Positions 22,099 to 32,764 of a DNA stretch of 64,000 nucleotides are shown piece after piece. This stretch comes from an uncultured Planctomycetaceae bacterium (lineage in GTDB: Bacteria; Planctomycetota; Planctomycetia; Pirellulales; PALSA-1355): NCBI GenBank assembly GCA_963785305.1, contig CAWAUV010000007.1, forward strand, positions 864,001-928,000, given 5' to 3'. The translations under genes and the position numbers were made by a program. Every line of letters begins with the position of its first letter. The stretch's first letter is position 1. Under the pieces are notes generated by a model. It was given only the letters and a program-made list of their open reading frames with translations. It was not told the origin of the DNA and searched no databases.

Positions 22099-23904
22099 GT
22101 GCGCGTCTTTTCGCTTCCAGGCGTTCTTTCAGCGCGAGAGCGATTTCGCCGCTGGGTTGTCGCGCTCGGCGTGTTCGGAGCATCATGCGCACTTCTCGCG
22201 CATTCGGCGCGGCTTGTTCTCGCCGCGCCGCCCGCCGAGGGCTCGCCGAAGGCCGAGCCGGCGAAGGCGGACGAGAAATCCGAAATCAAGTCGGTGATCG
22301 ACGCCAACGACGTGGCGCACTTGGCCGACGGCCAGACGCTCCAACTCGAACACTGGGGCGAAACGTATGAAGGGTATCTCGACCAACCACCGATCCACGG
22401 CGAGGACGCCGAACCGATCGCGAAAGTTGGCGGGATTGCTACGTCCATCGCACTCGACACCAAGCACAAGAAAATCTATTGGACGAATTATGCGTCAAAG
22501 CCTGGAGATAGTTCTATACTTCGTTCCGATTTGGACGGAGGTAAAAGCGAGATTGTCGTGAACGGGTTGACGGAACCACATACATTGGCGATCGATGTTG
22601 TTCATGAGCAACTTTATTGGTCATCAACCGATAGTGGCGATAAACCTATATTTAGAATCGCTCCAACACGCGGAGCGAAGGAAGAAATAGTTAACGGCAT
22701 TGTCAACGGAATTTGGGGTCTCGCGCTTGACGACCGCGCCGAAGGATTTTATTACGGACTCGAAAAGAAATTATTTCATTGCGACTTAGACGGCTCGAAC
22801 GAACGATTAATAACGTCCGAGGTCGCCGGCAAGCAGCATCCAAACAGCGCCTTGTTTTTGTCGGCGGAAGCGAATCAAGTGTTTTTTTCGGTCATGAGCA
22901 CTGATTGTGTGATCGGCGCTTTCTCAATCGACAAAATGGAATTCTCGACACGAATTACAGTTAAGCCGCATGGCCGTGTATTTGGACTTGCCGTGGATGA
23001 TGTTCGTCGCAAGGTCTACTGGACGGACAAATCATACGGGGCTATCCGCCGCGCGAATGTCGACGGCACGCAAGTTGAGGATGTCGTGGTCGGTCTTTTT
23101 GAGCCATTCGACGTCAAGCTTGATCTCGATCGAAACATGATTTATTGGAGCGGCAACGGAAGTGTAAGCCGGGCCAAGCTGCCGCCCGTTCGAGAAACGA
23201 TCCGATTTCGAGCGCCGCCGATCGTTGCGCGGATTTCGCCCTCCATCGCAGCGCCTGATGACGTGGTTTCACTGCAAGGGAAAAATTTATGTGAAGTCAT
23301 TGATGTTCAATTCATTGACGCGCAGAACGGAAAGAATGTTTCCGCTCGATTCACTGAGCGGAACTGCAATGAGTTATGCGTCACCATGCCAACGATGCAC
23401 GGTATGAAACATACGGTAATAATCGTGCAAACGAAAGGTGGTGTAACCGTTACCGTTTCGGCCGGCAGTACGGTTTTTCTCAATCAGGAAATGCGCATCG
23501 AATGGGAGGGGGAAGGAAAGCGACGCCCTCACCCGTCGATTTCGGGTATCGGCATCGACGATTGTTTTCCTGGCGCAATTAGACCTCCTCGCGGCGACCC
23601 GCGGTGTTGTTGGATCGCGGGCAATCAGGGGCGGATCGAAGAGATTGGTCGGAAAATCGCGATCGCGTTGCCCGGCGGTTATGTTAGGTCGAACCCGCAA
23701 GGACAAAACTCGTTTTTTATTAAGAGCGGCGGAATCGCGTTACCCGGTTCGAAAAGACCGAGCAATTGCTATTACGAACCGTGGGCCGTCATACCGGATC
23801 GACGTGCGTGGAATCCACAAGCGCGCGTAGATCATCTATTCATTCCTGTCCCCGCGATTCGATTGAGCGTGCTCGATATGCTTTTGGCGGTCAAACAGCA
23901 ATAA
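22099..23904 (+). CDS. Secreted YWTD/LDLR-like beta-propeller + IPT/TIG protein, copy 2 (intact)
   Basis: Signal peptide, KVYWTD, RANVDGT, IPT domain, 601-aa uninterrupted ORF. Confidence 0.85.
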   Translation: MRVFSLPGVLSARERFRRWVVALGVFGASCALLAHSARLVLAAPPAEGSPKAEPAKADEKSEIKSVIDANDVAHLADGQTLQLEHWGETYEGYLDQPPIHGEDAEPIAKVGGIATSIALDTKHKKIYWTNYASKPGDSSILRSDLDGGKSEIVVNGLTEPHTLAIDVVHEQLYWSSTDSGDKPIFRIAPTRGAKEEIVNGIVNGIWGLALDDRAEGFYYGLEKKLFHCDLDGSNERLITSEVAGKQHPNSALFLSAEANQVFFSVMSTDCVIGAFSIDKMEFSTRITVKPHGRVFGLAVDDVRRKVYWTDKSYGAIRRANVDGTQVEDVVVGLFEPFDVKLDLDRNMIYWSGNGSVSRAKLPPVRETIRFRAPPIVARISPSIAAPDDVVSLQGKNLCEVIDVQFIDAQNGKNVSARFTERNCNELCVTMPTMHGMKHTVIIVQTKGGVTVTVSAGSTVFLNQEMRIEWEGEGKRRPHPSISGIGIDDCFPGAIRPPRGDPRCCWIAGNQGRIEEIGRKIAIALPGGYVRSNPQGQNSFFIKSGGIALPGSKRPSNCYYEPWAVIPDRRAWNPQARVDHLFIPVPAIRLSVLDMLLAVKQQ

Positions 23905-23985
23905 TTTGTCCGAGATTCATTTAGCCTGTTCTATCGTTCCGGACATTGGCGAGGTCGCAGCGAGACTCTGGGAGCCAAAATCATC

Positions 23986-26900
23986 ATGGGTTGTTACACG
24001 ATCACTGGATGCGAAGTCGGCCCAGACGGCGGGCTGCAGGTTTCAGGCCCGGCGACCGGAACCGGGGGGCAGGCGCTAAATTCAAATTTCCACACCCTGA
24101 ATTACCGGCAACCGAAATGCAACTACGAAGCAACGTCTGACCCGTCTTCCGACAACGATTCATCTGGCGGCCAAGGTTACTGCGTCGGTTCCCGTTGGTT
24201 AAACAGCGATACGGGTAAGATGTGGATGTGCATCGACCCGACCGAGGGCGCTGCTTACTGGGTTCCCTGGTTCCGCTGGAACCCTGGTGCGGCAGTTGTT
24301 TTGGCTCCGTCGTCGTCACCGCCAGTACAACCAAATTTCGGCGGGATTGCGCAAAACGAGCTCGACGTCGATATCAGCATCGGCGTCGATGGCGAAATTC
24401 GCCGAATCAGCCAGAACTACGCCACCGCTCCGGTGATCCTCACGCCGAAAGGCGCGGCCGCGCGTTCGGCCATCCAGCTTGGCAACGATGTGAACGCCGT
24501 GGGCAACGACCGCGGGGCCTTCGCGATCGATTTGCAGAACAACCGCAACGCGGGAACTCAAATCGCCTCCGGCACGCGCTCGGCGATCGTCGGCGGTGTT
24601 TACAACACGGCTGGCGGCGAAAATTCGCACATCTCGGGTGGGTACTATAATTCCGCCAGTGGAGTTTCTTCGAACGTCGGCGGCGGAAACCGGAACGTCG
24701 CCAGCGGCATGAATTCGATCGTGGCGGGCGGAAATTCCAACAGCGCCACCGGCGACAACTCGCACATCGGCGGCGGTCAACAAAACTCCGCCGGCGACGA
24801 CTCGCACGCGGAAGGGTACCAAACCTACGCCGCCGACGGCGCTGCCCATGCCGAGGGCAACAATACGCTCGCCGGCGCCGCCGCCTCGCACGCCGAAGGC
24901 CAAAAAACCACGGCGGGCGGAGTCTATTCACATGCCGAGGGCTATTCCACCACCGCCAGCGGCGCGGGCTCGCACGCCGAGGGCTATGCGAAAGAGACGG
25001 GCAGCGACATTCGCGCCTTCGCCGCGGGCTCGCATGCCGAAGGCTACGCCTCGGGCGGCGCCTATATCGGCGCCACGGGACTCGGTTCGCACGCCGAAGG
25101 ATTCGTCACCGAAGGCCAAAGAACCGTCGCCTCGGGCGACGGCGCGCATGCGGAGGGAACGAACACATACGCGACGGGCGACGCGGCGCACGCCGAAGGC
25201 GACTCGACCGAAGCGCGCGGCGACGAATCGCACGCCGAGGGTGACACCACGTTGGCCGGCGGCGATGCTTCGCATGCCGAAGGATCGAACACCTATGCCG
25301 CAAGCGAAGCGTCCCACGCCGAGGGGTCGAATTCCTACGCGCTCGGCGAAGCGGCCCACGCCGAAGGTTCGGCCACGTACACGAACGGCGAAGCGGCCCA
25401 CGCCGAGGGCTCGGGCGCCTATGCCACGAACGAAGCGGCGCACGCCGAGGGCAAGAAGACCATCGCCTCGGGCGAAGCGGCGCACGCCGAGGGCAGTTAC
25501 AGCACCGCCGGCGGCGAAGGGGCGCATGCCGAAGGGAGCAATTGCAACGCCGGCGCGGAAGCGGCGCACGCCGAGGGAAAATACTCGATCGCCCAGGGCG
25601 AAGCCTCGCATGCCGAAGGCAAGACTTGTTACGCCTCCGACGACGGTGCGCATAGCGAGGGCGGCTATACCCAGGCGACCGACAAATACGCCCACGCCGA
25701 GGGCTATAAGAGCGTCGCAAGTAAAATGGCCGCGCATGCCGAAGGCAAGGAGACCGCCGCTTCCAGCGAATACGCCCACGCCGAAGGGCTCAATACCCAA
25801 GCCACCGAAACCGCGGCCCACGCCGAGGGTTATGCCTATGCCAAGACGACGATCACCGGCATCATGGCCAGCGGCAAGGGCGCACACGCCGAAGGGTATC
25901 AAGGCGGAGCGGGCTCGTTACTTTCGGCCACCGCCGAGGGCGCGCATGCGGAAGGGTTTGTCACGGGGACCGACAAAACCGTTTCGAGCGGCAAGGGGAG
26001 CCATGCGGAAGGCCGGGCAACGCTAGCTTATGGCGCCTATTCACATGCCCAGGGGCTGCGCACCAAAACCGCCACCGGCGCCACCGCCGCGCATGTTGAA
26101 GGCTACGCCGCCACCAGCGGCGGAATCTACTCGTCGGACAAGGGCGCCCACGCCGAAGGGTATGCGGGTGGGACGGGCGTTCTGAAGGCGACCGCGACCG
26201 GGGCGCACGTCGAGGGATGTATCGTGTCCGGCGAGACAGGGAGCGGAATCTATGCATCGGGTAAAGGAGCGCATGCGGAAGGGTACGCAAGCGGCGCGGG
26301 TGTTCTGAAGGCAACCGGCCTGGGGGCCCATGTCGAGGGATTTGCGGCGACCGGTTACACGACGTCGGCGACAGGCAACGGCGCCCATGCCGAAGGCAAA
26401 GCAACTTACGCGTCGGGGCTTGCAGCTCATGCGGAAGGAAAAGAAACGATCGTCTCCGGAAATTATGCGCACGGGGAAGGTTTCAATACCCATGCGTTGG
26501 GGCAGGCAAGCCACGCTGAGGGGTTCAACACGCATGCCATTGGCGCCCCGAGCCATGCTGAAGGTCTCGCTGTTACCGCAACTGGTAGCGCGAGTCACGC
26601 CGAAGGAATTTTTACCTATGCTGGTGGTGACGCGTCGCATGCCGAAGGCACGATCACCACGGCGAAGGGCTACAATTGCCATACCGAGGGGCAATCCACG
26701 TACGGGCTTGGCGCGGCATGTCATGCGGAGGGCGCTTATACGTCCGCTACTTCGCCCTATTCTCACAGTGAGGGTTTCAGCAGTCATGCAAGGCTCCGGC
26801 GCAGCGGGCGCGAGCGACGGCCAAGTTTGCGACCGCCGCCGACGCTCAAAGCACCCAGGTCGAAATGATCGTCGCCACCGCCACTGCGACCGCCGCCGAA

Positions 26901-27428
26901 ATGACATTGGATGGAAATACGCCCGGCGCGAGCAATCGCTATACCCTCGTCGATTACTATTCCTATGGGCTCACCATCACGGTGCATGCCCGCGAGGACA
27001 CCGGGGCCAACCATGCCTTGTTCAAGCGCATGGCGATCATTCAAGAGACCGGCGGCGTGGTGTCGATGGTGGGCGCCGTGCAGACGATCGGGACCGACAT
27101 CAACCCGGCCGGCTGGGCCCTCACGATCGACGCCGACACGACGAACTTGTCGCTGCAAATTCTCGTCACCGGCGCCGCCGGCCAAAACATCCACTGGATT
27201 GCCCAGGTCGAGGCGCTCGAGCTTTACTACACCAACACCGCCGTCGCGAACCCCGAAATCGGGCCGCGAAACCGCGAGTCGAAAATCGCCGAGCGATTGA
27301 AATCGCCCGATCTCGCCCCTAAGCTGCGAGAGGTGCTGGAAAAGATGCTTGCTCGTCGGTGGAATGCTCGCGGGACGAAATTCGACCTGTCTCGTGGACT
27401 TGACGCGGGTCAAAGCGACGTGCATTGA
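23986..27428 (+). CDS. (S/A)HAEG-repeat fibre/adhesin-like protein, copy 2; frameshift at ~26800
   Basis: Roughly 40 xxHAEG repeats after GG..N.A.G repeats. C-terminal domain KFATAADAQ...LQILVTGAAGQNIHWIAQVEALE continues in ORF 26865..27428. Confidence 0.8.
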
Positions 27429-27490
27429 CGGCGGCGGCGCATGCGGCGTCGCGACGTTGGGAATTTGGTTACTTTTGAATCCTCGTGGAG

Positions 27491-28680
27491 AAGATGCCTC
27501 CGGCGGCCGGCCGCGGGCCGGGGCGAATGGCGGCTTCCGCCGCGTGTGATTGCCGCCCTAACGCGATCTACTCGCGTGTCGCGGCAGCGGACCAATATCC
27601 CGGGGCCATTGGCCCCAAGAATTCCTTTGAAATCAACAAATCCCGAACGCGAGCGTTATGCGTCGAGTCCGACGGTTCGATTACTTTCAAAAGCTTACGT
27701 AAAAAAGATGCCTCCGGCGGCCGGCCGCGGGCCGGGGCGAATGGCGGCTTCCGCCGCGTGTGATTGCCGCCGTAACGCGATCTACTCGCATGTCGCGGCA
27801 GCGGACCAATATCCCGGGGCCATTGGCCCCAAGAATTCGTTTGAAATCAACAAATCCCGAACGCGAGCGCTATGCGTCGATTCCGACGGTTCGATTATTT
27901 TCAAAAGCTTACGTAAAAAAGATGCCTCCGGCGGCCGGCCGCGGGCCGGGGCGAGTGGCGGCTTCCGCCGCGTGTGATTGCCGCCGTAACGCGATCTACT
28001 CGCATGTCGCGGCAGCGGACCAATATCCCGGGGCCATTGGCCCCAAGAATTCGTTTGAAATCAACAAATCCCGAACGCGAGCGCTATGCGTCGATTCCGA
28101 CGGTTCGATTATTTTCAAAAGCTTACGTAAAAAAGATGCCTCCGGCGGCCGGCCGGGGCGAATGGCGGCTTCCGCCGCGTGTGATTGCCGCCGTAACGCG
28201 ATCTACTCGCATGTCGCGGCAGCGGACCAATATCCCGGGGCCATTGGCCCCAAGAATTCGTTTGAAATCAACAAATCCCGAACGCGAGCGCTATGCGTCG
28301 ATTCCGACGGTTCGATTATTTTCAAAAGCTTACGTAAAAAAGATGCCTCCGGCGGCCGGCCGCGGGCCGGGGCGAATGGCGGCTTCCGCCGCGTGGGATT
28401 GCCGCCGTAACGCGATCTACTCGCATGTCGCGGCAGCGGACCAATATCCCGGGGCCATTGGCCCCAAGAATTCGTTTGAAATCAACAAATCCCGAACGCG
28501 AGCGCGATGCGTCGATTCCGACGGTTCGATTACTTTCAAAAGCTTACGTAAAACAGATGCCTCCGGCGGCCGGCCGCGGGCCGGGGCGAATGGCGGCTTC
28601 CGCCGCTTGCGATTGCCGCCGCAATGTCGTCAACTCGCGTGTCGCGCAGCGGACCATTATCAAGGGCCATTGGCCCCAAG
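27491..28680. repeat. Tandem array of a 214-bp unit (5 full copies + 1 partial degenerate copy)
   Basis: GATGCCTCCGGCGG recurs at 27493, 27707, 27921, 28135, 28342 (7-bp deletion in the preceding unit) and 28556. Confidence 0.95.
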
Positions 28681-28729
28681 GCTTTTTGCCCCTATTCGGA
28701 TTCCGTTGTTCCCCACCAGGACTTTCTTC

Positions 28730-29651
28730 ATGGAATTGAATCTCACGTTCGTGGCGGGCTTGCCCCGAAGCGGGTCGACGCTGCTCTTGAACTTGCTGGG
28801 GCAGAACCCGGCGTGCCATGTGACGCCGACCAGCGGACTCATCAACTTGTTCACAGCGGTGAAAGGCCGCTGGACGGAAGTGCTCGAATTCAAATCCGAG
28901 GGGCTCGAGCGCGTCCGCCCGCGCGTGGCCAGCGCGATGCGCGGCCTGCTTCACGGTTATTTCGAGCCCGAATTCGCAGATGGCAAACATGTGTTCGACA
29001 AGTCGCGGGGGTGGCTCCAGCAGATCGAGCCGCTGGAGGAGTGTTTGGGACGGCCAGTGCGAATTGTCGTGACGGTGCGCGATGTGCGGGCGATTATCGC
29101 GTCGTTCGAAAAGATCTATCGAAGTCGGCGCATCGATTATCGCGAGGCTGGCGGCGACGATTTTTTCAAGTGTCAAACCGTCGAAGGGCGAGCGCGGGCC
29201 ATTTTGGGTTCGACGGCGGTCGTGGGACTCACGATCGCGCGACTTCGCGACGCGCTGGAGCGTGGAGTCGGCGATCGTTTGGTACTCGTTCCCTACCACG
29301 AATTGACGCGTCGGCCGCGGGAAGCCATGCATTCGGTGGGCAGAACCCTTGGTTTACCCGAGTTCGCGTACCCCGATAATGTGCGTCAGGTGACGCATGA
29401 GGACGACACGTTTCACGGAATGGACTTGCACCGGATCCGCCCACGCATCGAACCGCCTCGCGCGATCCCCTGGGAGGGGGTTCTTCCGCCGCCGCTCTGC
29501 GTCCAACTCGCGCGAATACGCCGACATCAACGCGATGGCCGCGATGGAGCTTCGCCCCCTCGCGCCGCCGAGCAATGGGGTCGCGCCTTGGGAGCAACAC
29601 GGCGCCGAGCACAATGGCCGCGATTTGGCGTCATCGAACTTAGTGGGGTGA
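28730..29651 (+). CDS. Sulfotransferase family protein; frameshift near 29510
   Basis: FVAGLPRSGSTLL (5'-PSB) and VRDVRAIIASF (3'-PB) motifs. Likely C-terminus in the 29397..29651 frame. Confidence 0.88.
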
Positions 29652-29654
29652 TAT

Positions 29655-31563
29655 GTGGCTTATGGCTGGGCATGCTTAACCTGCGGCGAATGGGCGGCGC
29701 TCGATTGTTCGGACTGGGCGGCGCTCACATGCGATTGTTCGTCGTCGAGTTCGTCGAGTAGTTCGTCGAATAGTTCGTCGAGTAGCGGCAGCTCGTCAAG
29801 TAGCAGCAGTGCGCCGAGTAGCAGCAGCTCGTCGAGTGGCGGCAGTGCGCCCAGTAGCGGCAACTCGTCAAGTAGCGGCAGCGCCTCGAGCAATGGCAGT
29901 TCATCGAGCGGAGACGGTTCGTCCGGCGGAATTAGTTCGTCGGGCAGCGGCGGCCCGTCGAGCGTTGGAAGCTCGTCGGGCGGCGGCCCGTCGAACGAAA
30001 GTTCGTCGGATGGCGGTTCGTCGTCGGGCGAAATGAAACTGCCGACGCCCCGGGTTGATGTTGCCGCAGGCTCCAATGAAGAGGATCCGAAAGATGGCCG
30101 CGTGGACTCATCCGTCCCGAATGCCGTGTCGGTCGAAAATATTGCCCACCACGGATCGGCGAATCGGGAGGGCCCCGTTCGCATGAAGACTCAGCGTCGC
30201 CGGGAATTTTTCGACCGCGTGGTGGTCATTAATTTGCGGCGTCGACCCGAGCGATTATCGCGATTTCATGAAGAGATTTCGGCGATCGATTGGCCGTTCA
30301 AGTTACCGGAACGATTCGACGCGGTGGACGGGAGCCAAGTGCCCGCGCCGGGCGATTGGAAAGATGGCGGTGGAGCATGGGGTTGCATGCAATCGCACCG
30401 GCAAGTGTTGGAGCGGGCAATCCTCGATGGCGTCGAGTCGTTGCTCGTTCTCGAGGATGACGCCTGCGTTCGGCCGACGTTTTGCGAGGAAATCGACCGA
30501 TTTTTGACAAGTGTGCCTTCGGACTGGGACGGGCTGATGCTGGGCGGACAACACATTTGCTCGCCGCCTGTCCGCCTTGTGCCTGGAATCGTGCGCTGCG
30601 TGAATTGCCAGCGAACGCATGCGTATGCGGCGCGCGGGCGATATTTGCGTGACCTGTATCAAAAGTGGTGCTCTTCCCAGGGGCATTGCGACCATATCAT
30701 GGGACCGTTCGCGGCGCGATATCAAGTATATGCGCCCGACCCGTTCGTCTTCGGTCAGGAACGCAGCAAGAGCGATATCAGCGGTTCGTTGAATCCGAGA
30801 AAATTTTGGACGCCTCCATCCGCGGATCAGCCAGTGGTTTTGCTTGATGCGCCGCGAAATGGTGGACGAACTTCGCCGCCACGGATTCCACACGGGCTAC
30901 GATCGCGACCCTTGCACGGGAATCGACAAGGGGCTTCAGAATATTTTTGCGGACGCATCCGCGTCGTCGAACCTTTCGAGCCGTCTTCGGGGCTGGATCG
31001 AGATGATCCAATGGGAAGTTGGAAGCGCCGAGGGCCTTGTATGCACGATATGGCATCCCAACGTGTCGGCGCAGGTGGCGCGACAAGCGACTTCGGCCCG
31101 GTTGATCGAGATTCGAGCGAATTCATTGGACGAAGCCCTGCGTCAATACCCCGCCGAATTGAGACGTCGGCTCGCGGCCACTGGACCCGAAACGATCGTT
31201 TTGCTGCGTGCTCCGCGGCATGTCGTCGAAACGCTGCGAAGCCACGGCTTTCATACGGGATATTGGCGCGATCCGAACAGCGATCTGGACCGGGGGCTCA
31301 TGGATCTTTTCGCCGCGCCGCAGCATCAATGGGTCGAGAAACTTAGGGATTGGATTCGAGCTTTGAAGCCCGAGGCGGATTCCATCCGCCGCGGCGTCGT
31401 CACGGTATGGCACCCGATGGCGACTCCCGAGTTGTTGAGAGCCGCAACGGACACGCCAGTTATCGTCCTGAACGCGGAGACGGTCGAAGTTGCCCTGGAA
31501 CAGTGGAATCGGATGCGCGGCGAACGAAACGGCCACCATGAATTAGCGGCGGCCGTCCATTGA
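29655..31563 (+). CDS. Trp/Cys-repeat + Ser/Gly-rich tract + glycosyltransferase family 25 + duplicated unknown domain; frameshift at ~30855
   Basis: [31 protein letters not shown] and THAYA (GT25-like). The C-terminal HGFHTGY.RDP domain occurs twice in ORF 30844..31563. Confidence 0.8.
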
Positions 31564-32548
31564 ACGGTCGGACATCCAGGGTCGAATCGAAAGTTCATCC
31601 CTTGAACAGCGTCAATGTGTCGGAGATTCGAGGCGTCGCTCGCGCCTTCTACGGCCTGTCGGACACTTGGTTAGATGTCACGGCCGTGGTCAACGCGCTT
31701 TTGCGCTTCGGCGATGGAGTGCCCGTGTCGAATTCGCTGGCGGGGACCCCGTGCCAGGATCGCCCAAGATACTTAAATGCGAGTTGCCGGGCGGACAATC
31801 GATCGAGTATCAAGAGGGCGAAATCGCGTTTTTGCCTCGAATTGATACCGCGAACCTGATTTATCATATTTGCCCTTTCACGAGCGGCCGGGAGATTTGG
31901 CGCGAAAATGTTCGCTTGCTTCGACGCTACGCGAATTGGATTAATGGAAAGCGCGTGATTTCGATCGTGCAAGGCGCCGGCTGCGACGACATTGATCTCG
32001 TTCTGAGCGAATTCGGCGATTTCAAAATCGACAAGGTGATCGTGCGCTTGAACAGCGATCTATGGGAAATGGAAACGTTTCCCGCCGCAATCCGCCAAAT
32101 CGCAAACGAGAATCCGAACGAAGCGGTGTTTTACGCGCACGCGAAGGGTGTGTCTCACGCGGGCGCCTCGTTGACGGCCGCAAAGATTTGGACGGCGACA
32201 ATGATGAAATTCTTACTTGGAAATCGGGAAAAAGTGATCGATAAGCTTGGGCGCTATTCCGCGGTGGGGAGCTTCAAGGAGAGCAATGGCGCATTCAACA
32301 CCAATTGGCATTTCTCCGGCACGTTCTTTGCCATGCGGCACGACAAGGTCTTTACACGCCCGCAGTGGTCGAATTTTCCGCCGCACCGTTACTTCATCGA
32401 GTTTTTTCCATCGACCCATGTTCCCGCGCATGAGGCGTTTAATTTGTGTCCTGTTCGGCGCCCCCGTCAGTGGCTTGACGGCGCTTCCTGGGAAGCACTT
32501 ATCCCAGCATTGGCCGCGGCCGAGCATGCATGGCTCGAGCCGAAGTGA
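31560..32548 (+). CDS. Lectin-like (DUF3395/SUEL-type) N-terminus + glycosyltransferase-like domain; frameshift at ~31740
   Basis: AFYG...DVT..V...N...GDPVPG.PK.L across two frames, then [10 protein letters not shown]...W...M..FL and WHFSGTFF motifs. Confidence 0.6.
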
Positions 32549-32764
32549 GCGTCGTTGCAGGTGTTTACGTTCCGGCATCGCGACTGCGTTTTGTCGGATG
32601 TCGCGATTATGGAGTGCCGCATACGAATGATCTGGCGATTCCAATTTGAATTCTCGGCCAACCCCGATGGGTTCGCGCTACCGACCCATCTCGCTACCGA
32701 CGCTTCCACGCTCTTTCGTGATGTCGATTCCTGAATTTCCGGTTTTTGGGCTCGGTCTGTCGGC

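Noticed and set aside
16336..27428. Diversity-generating retroelement or invertase shufflon acting on the fibre genes
   Set aside because: No reverse transcriptase, no template/variable repeat pair with adenine-specific differences, and no recombinase recognised in the window.
27491..28680. CRISPR array, or coding ORFs (27441..27977, 27760..28410, the 5' half of 27974..29761)
   Set aside because: The whole 214-bp unit repeats with no unique spacers and there are no cas genes. The period is not a multiple of 3, so the ORFs are shifting-frame by-products. The sulfotransferase starts at 28730.
16180..32548. Intact prophage
   Set aside because: No integrase, terminase, portal, capsid, tape-measure or lysis genes were recognised.
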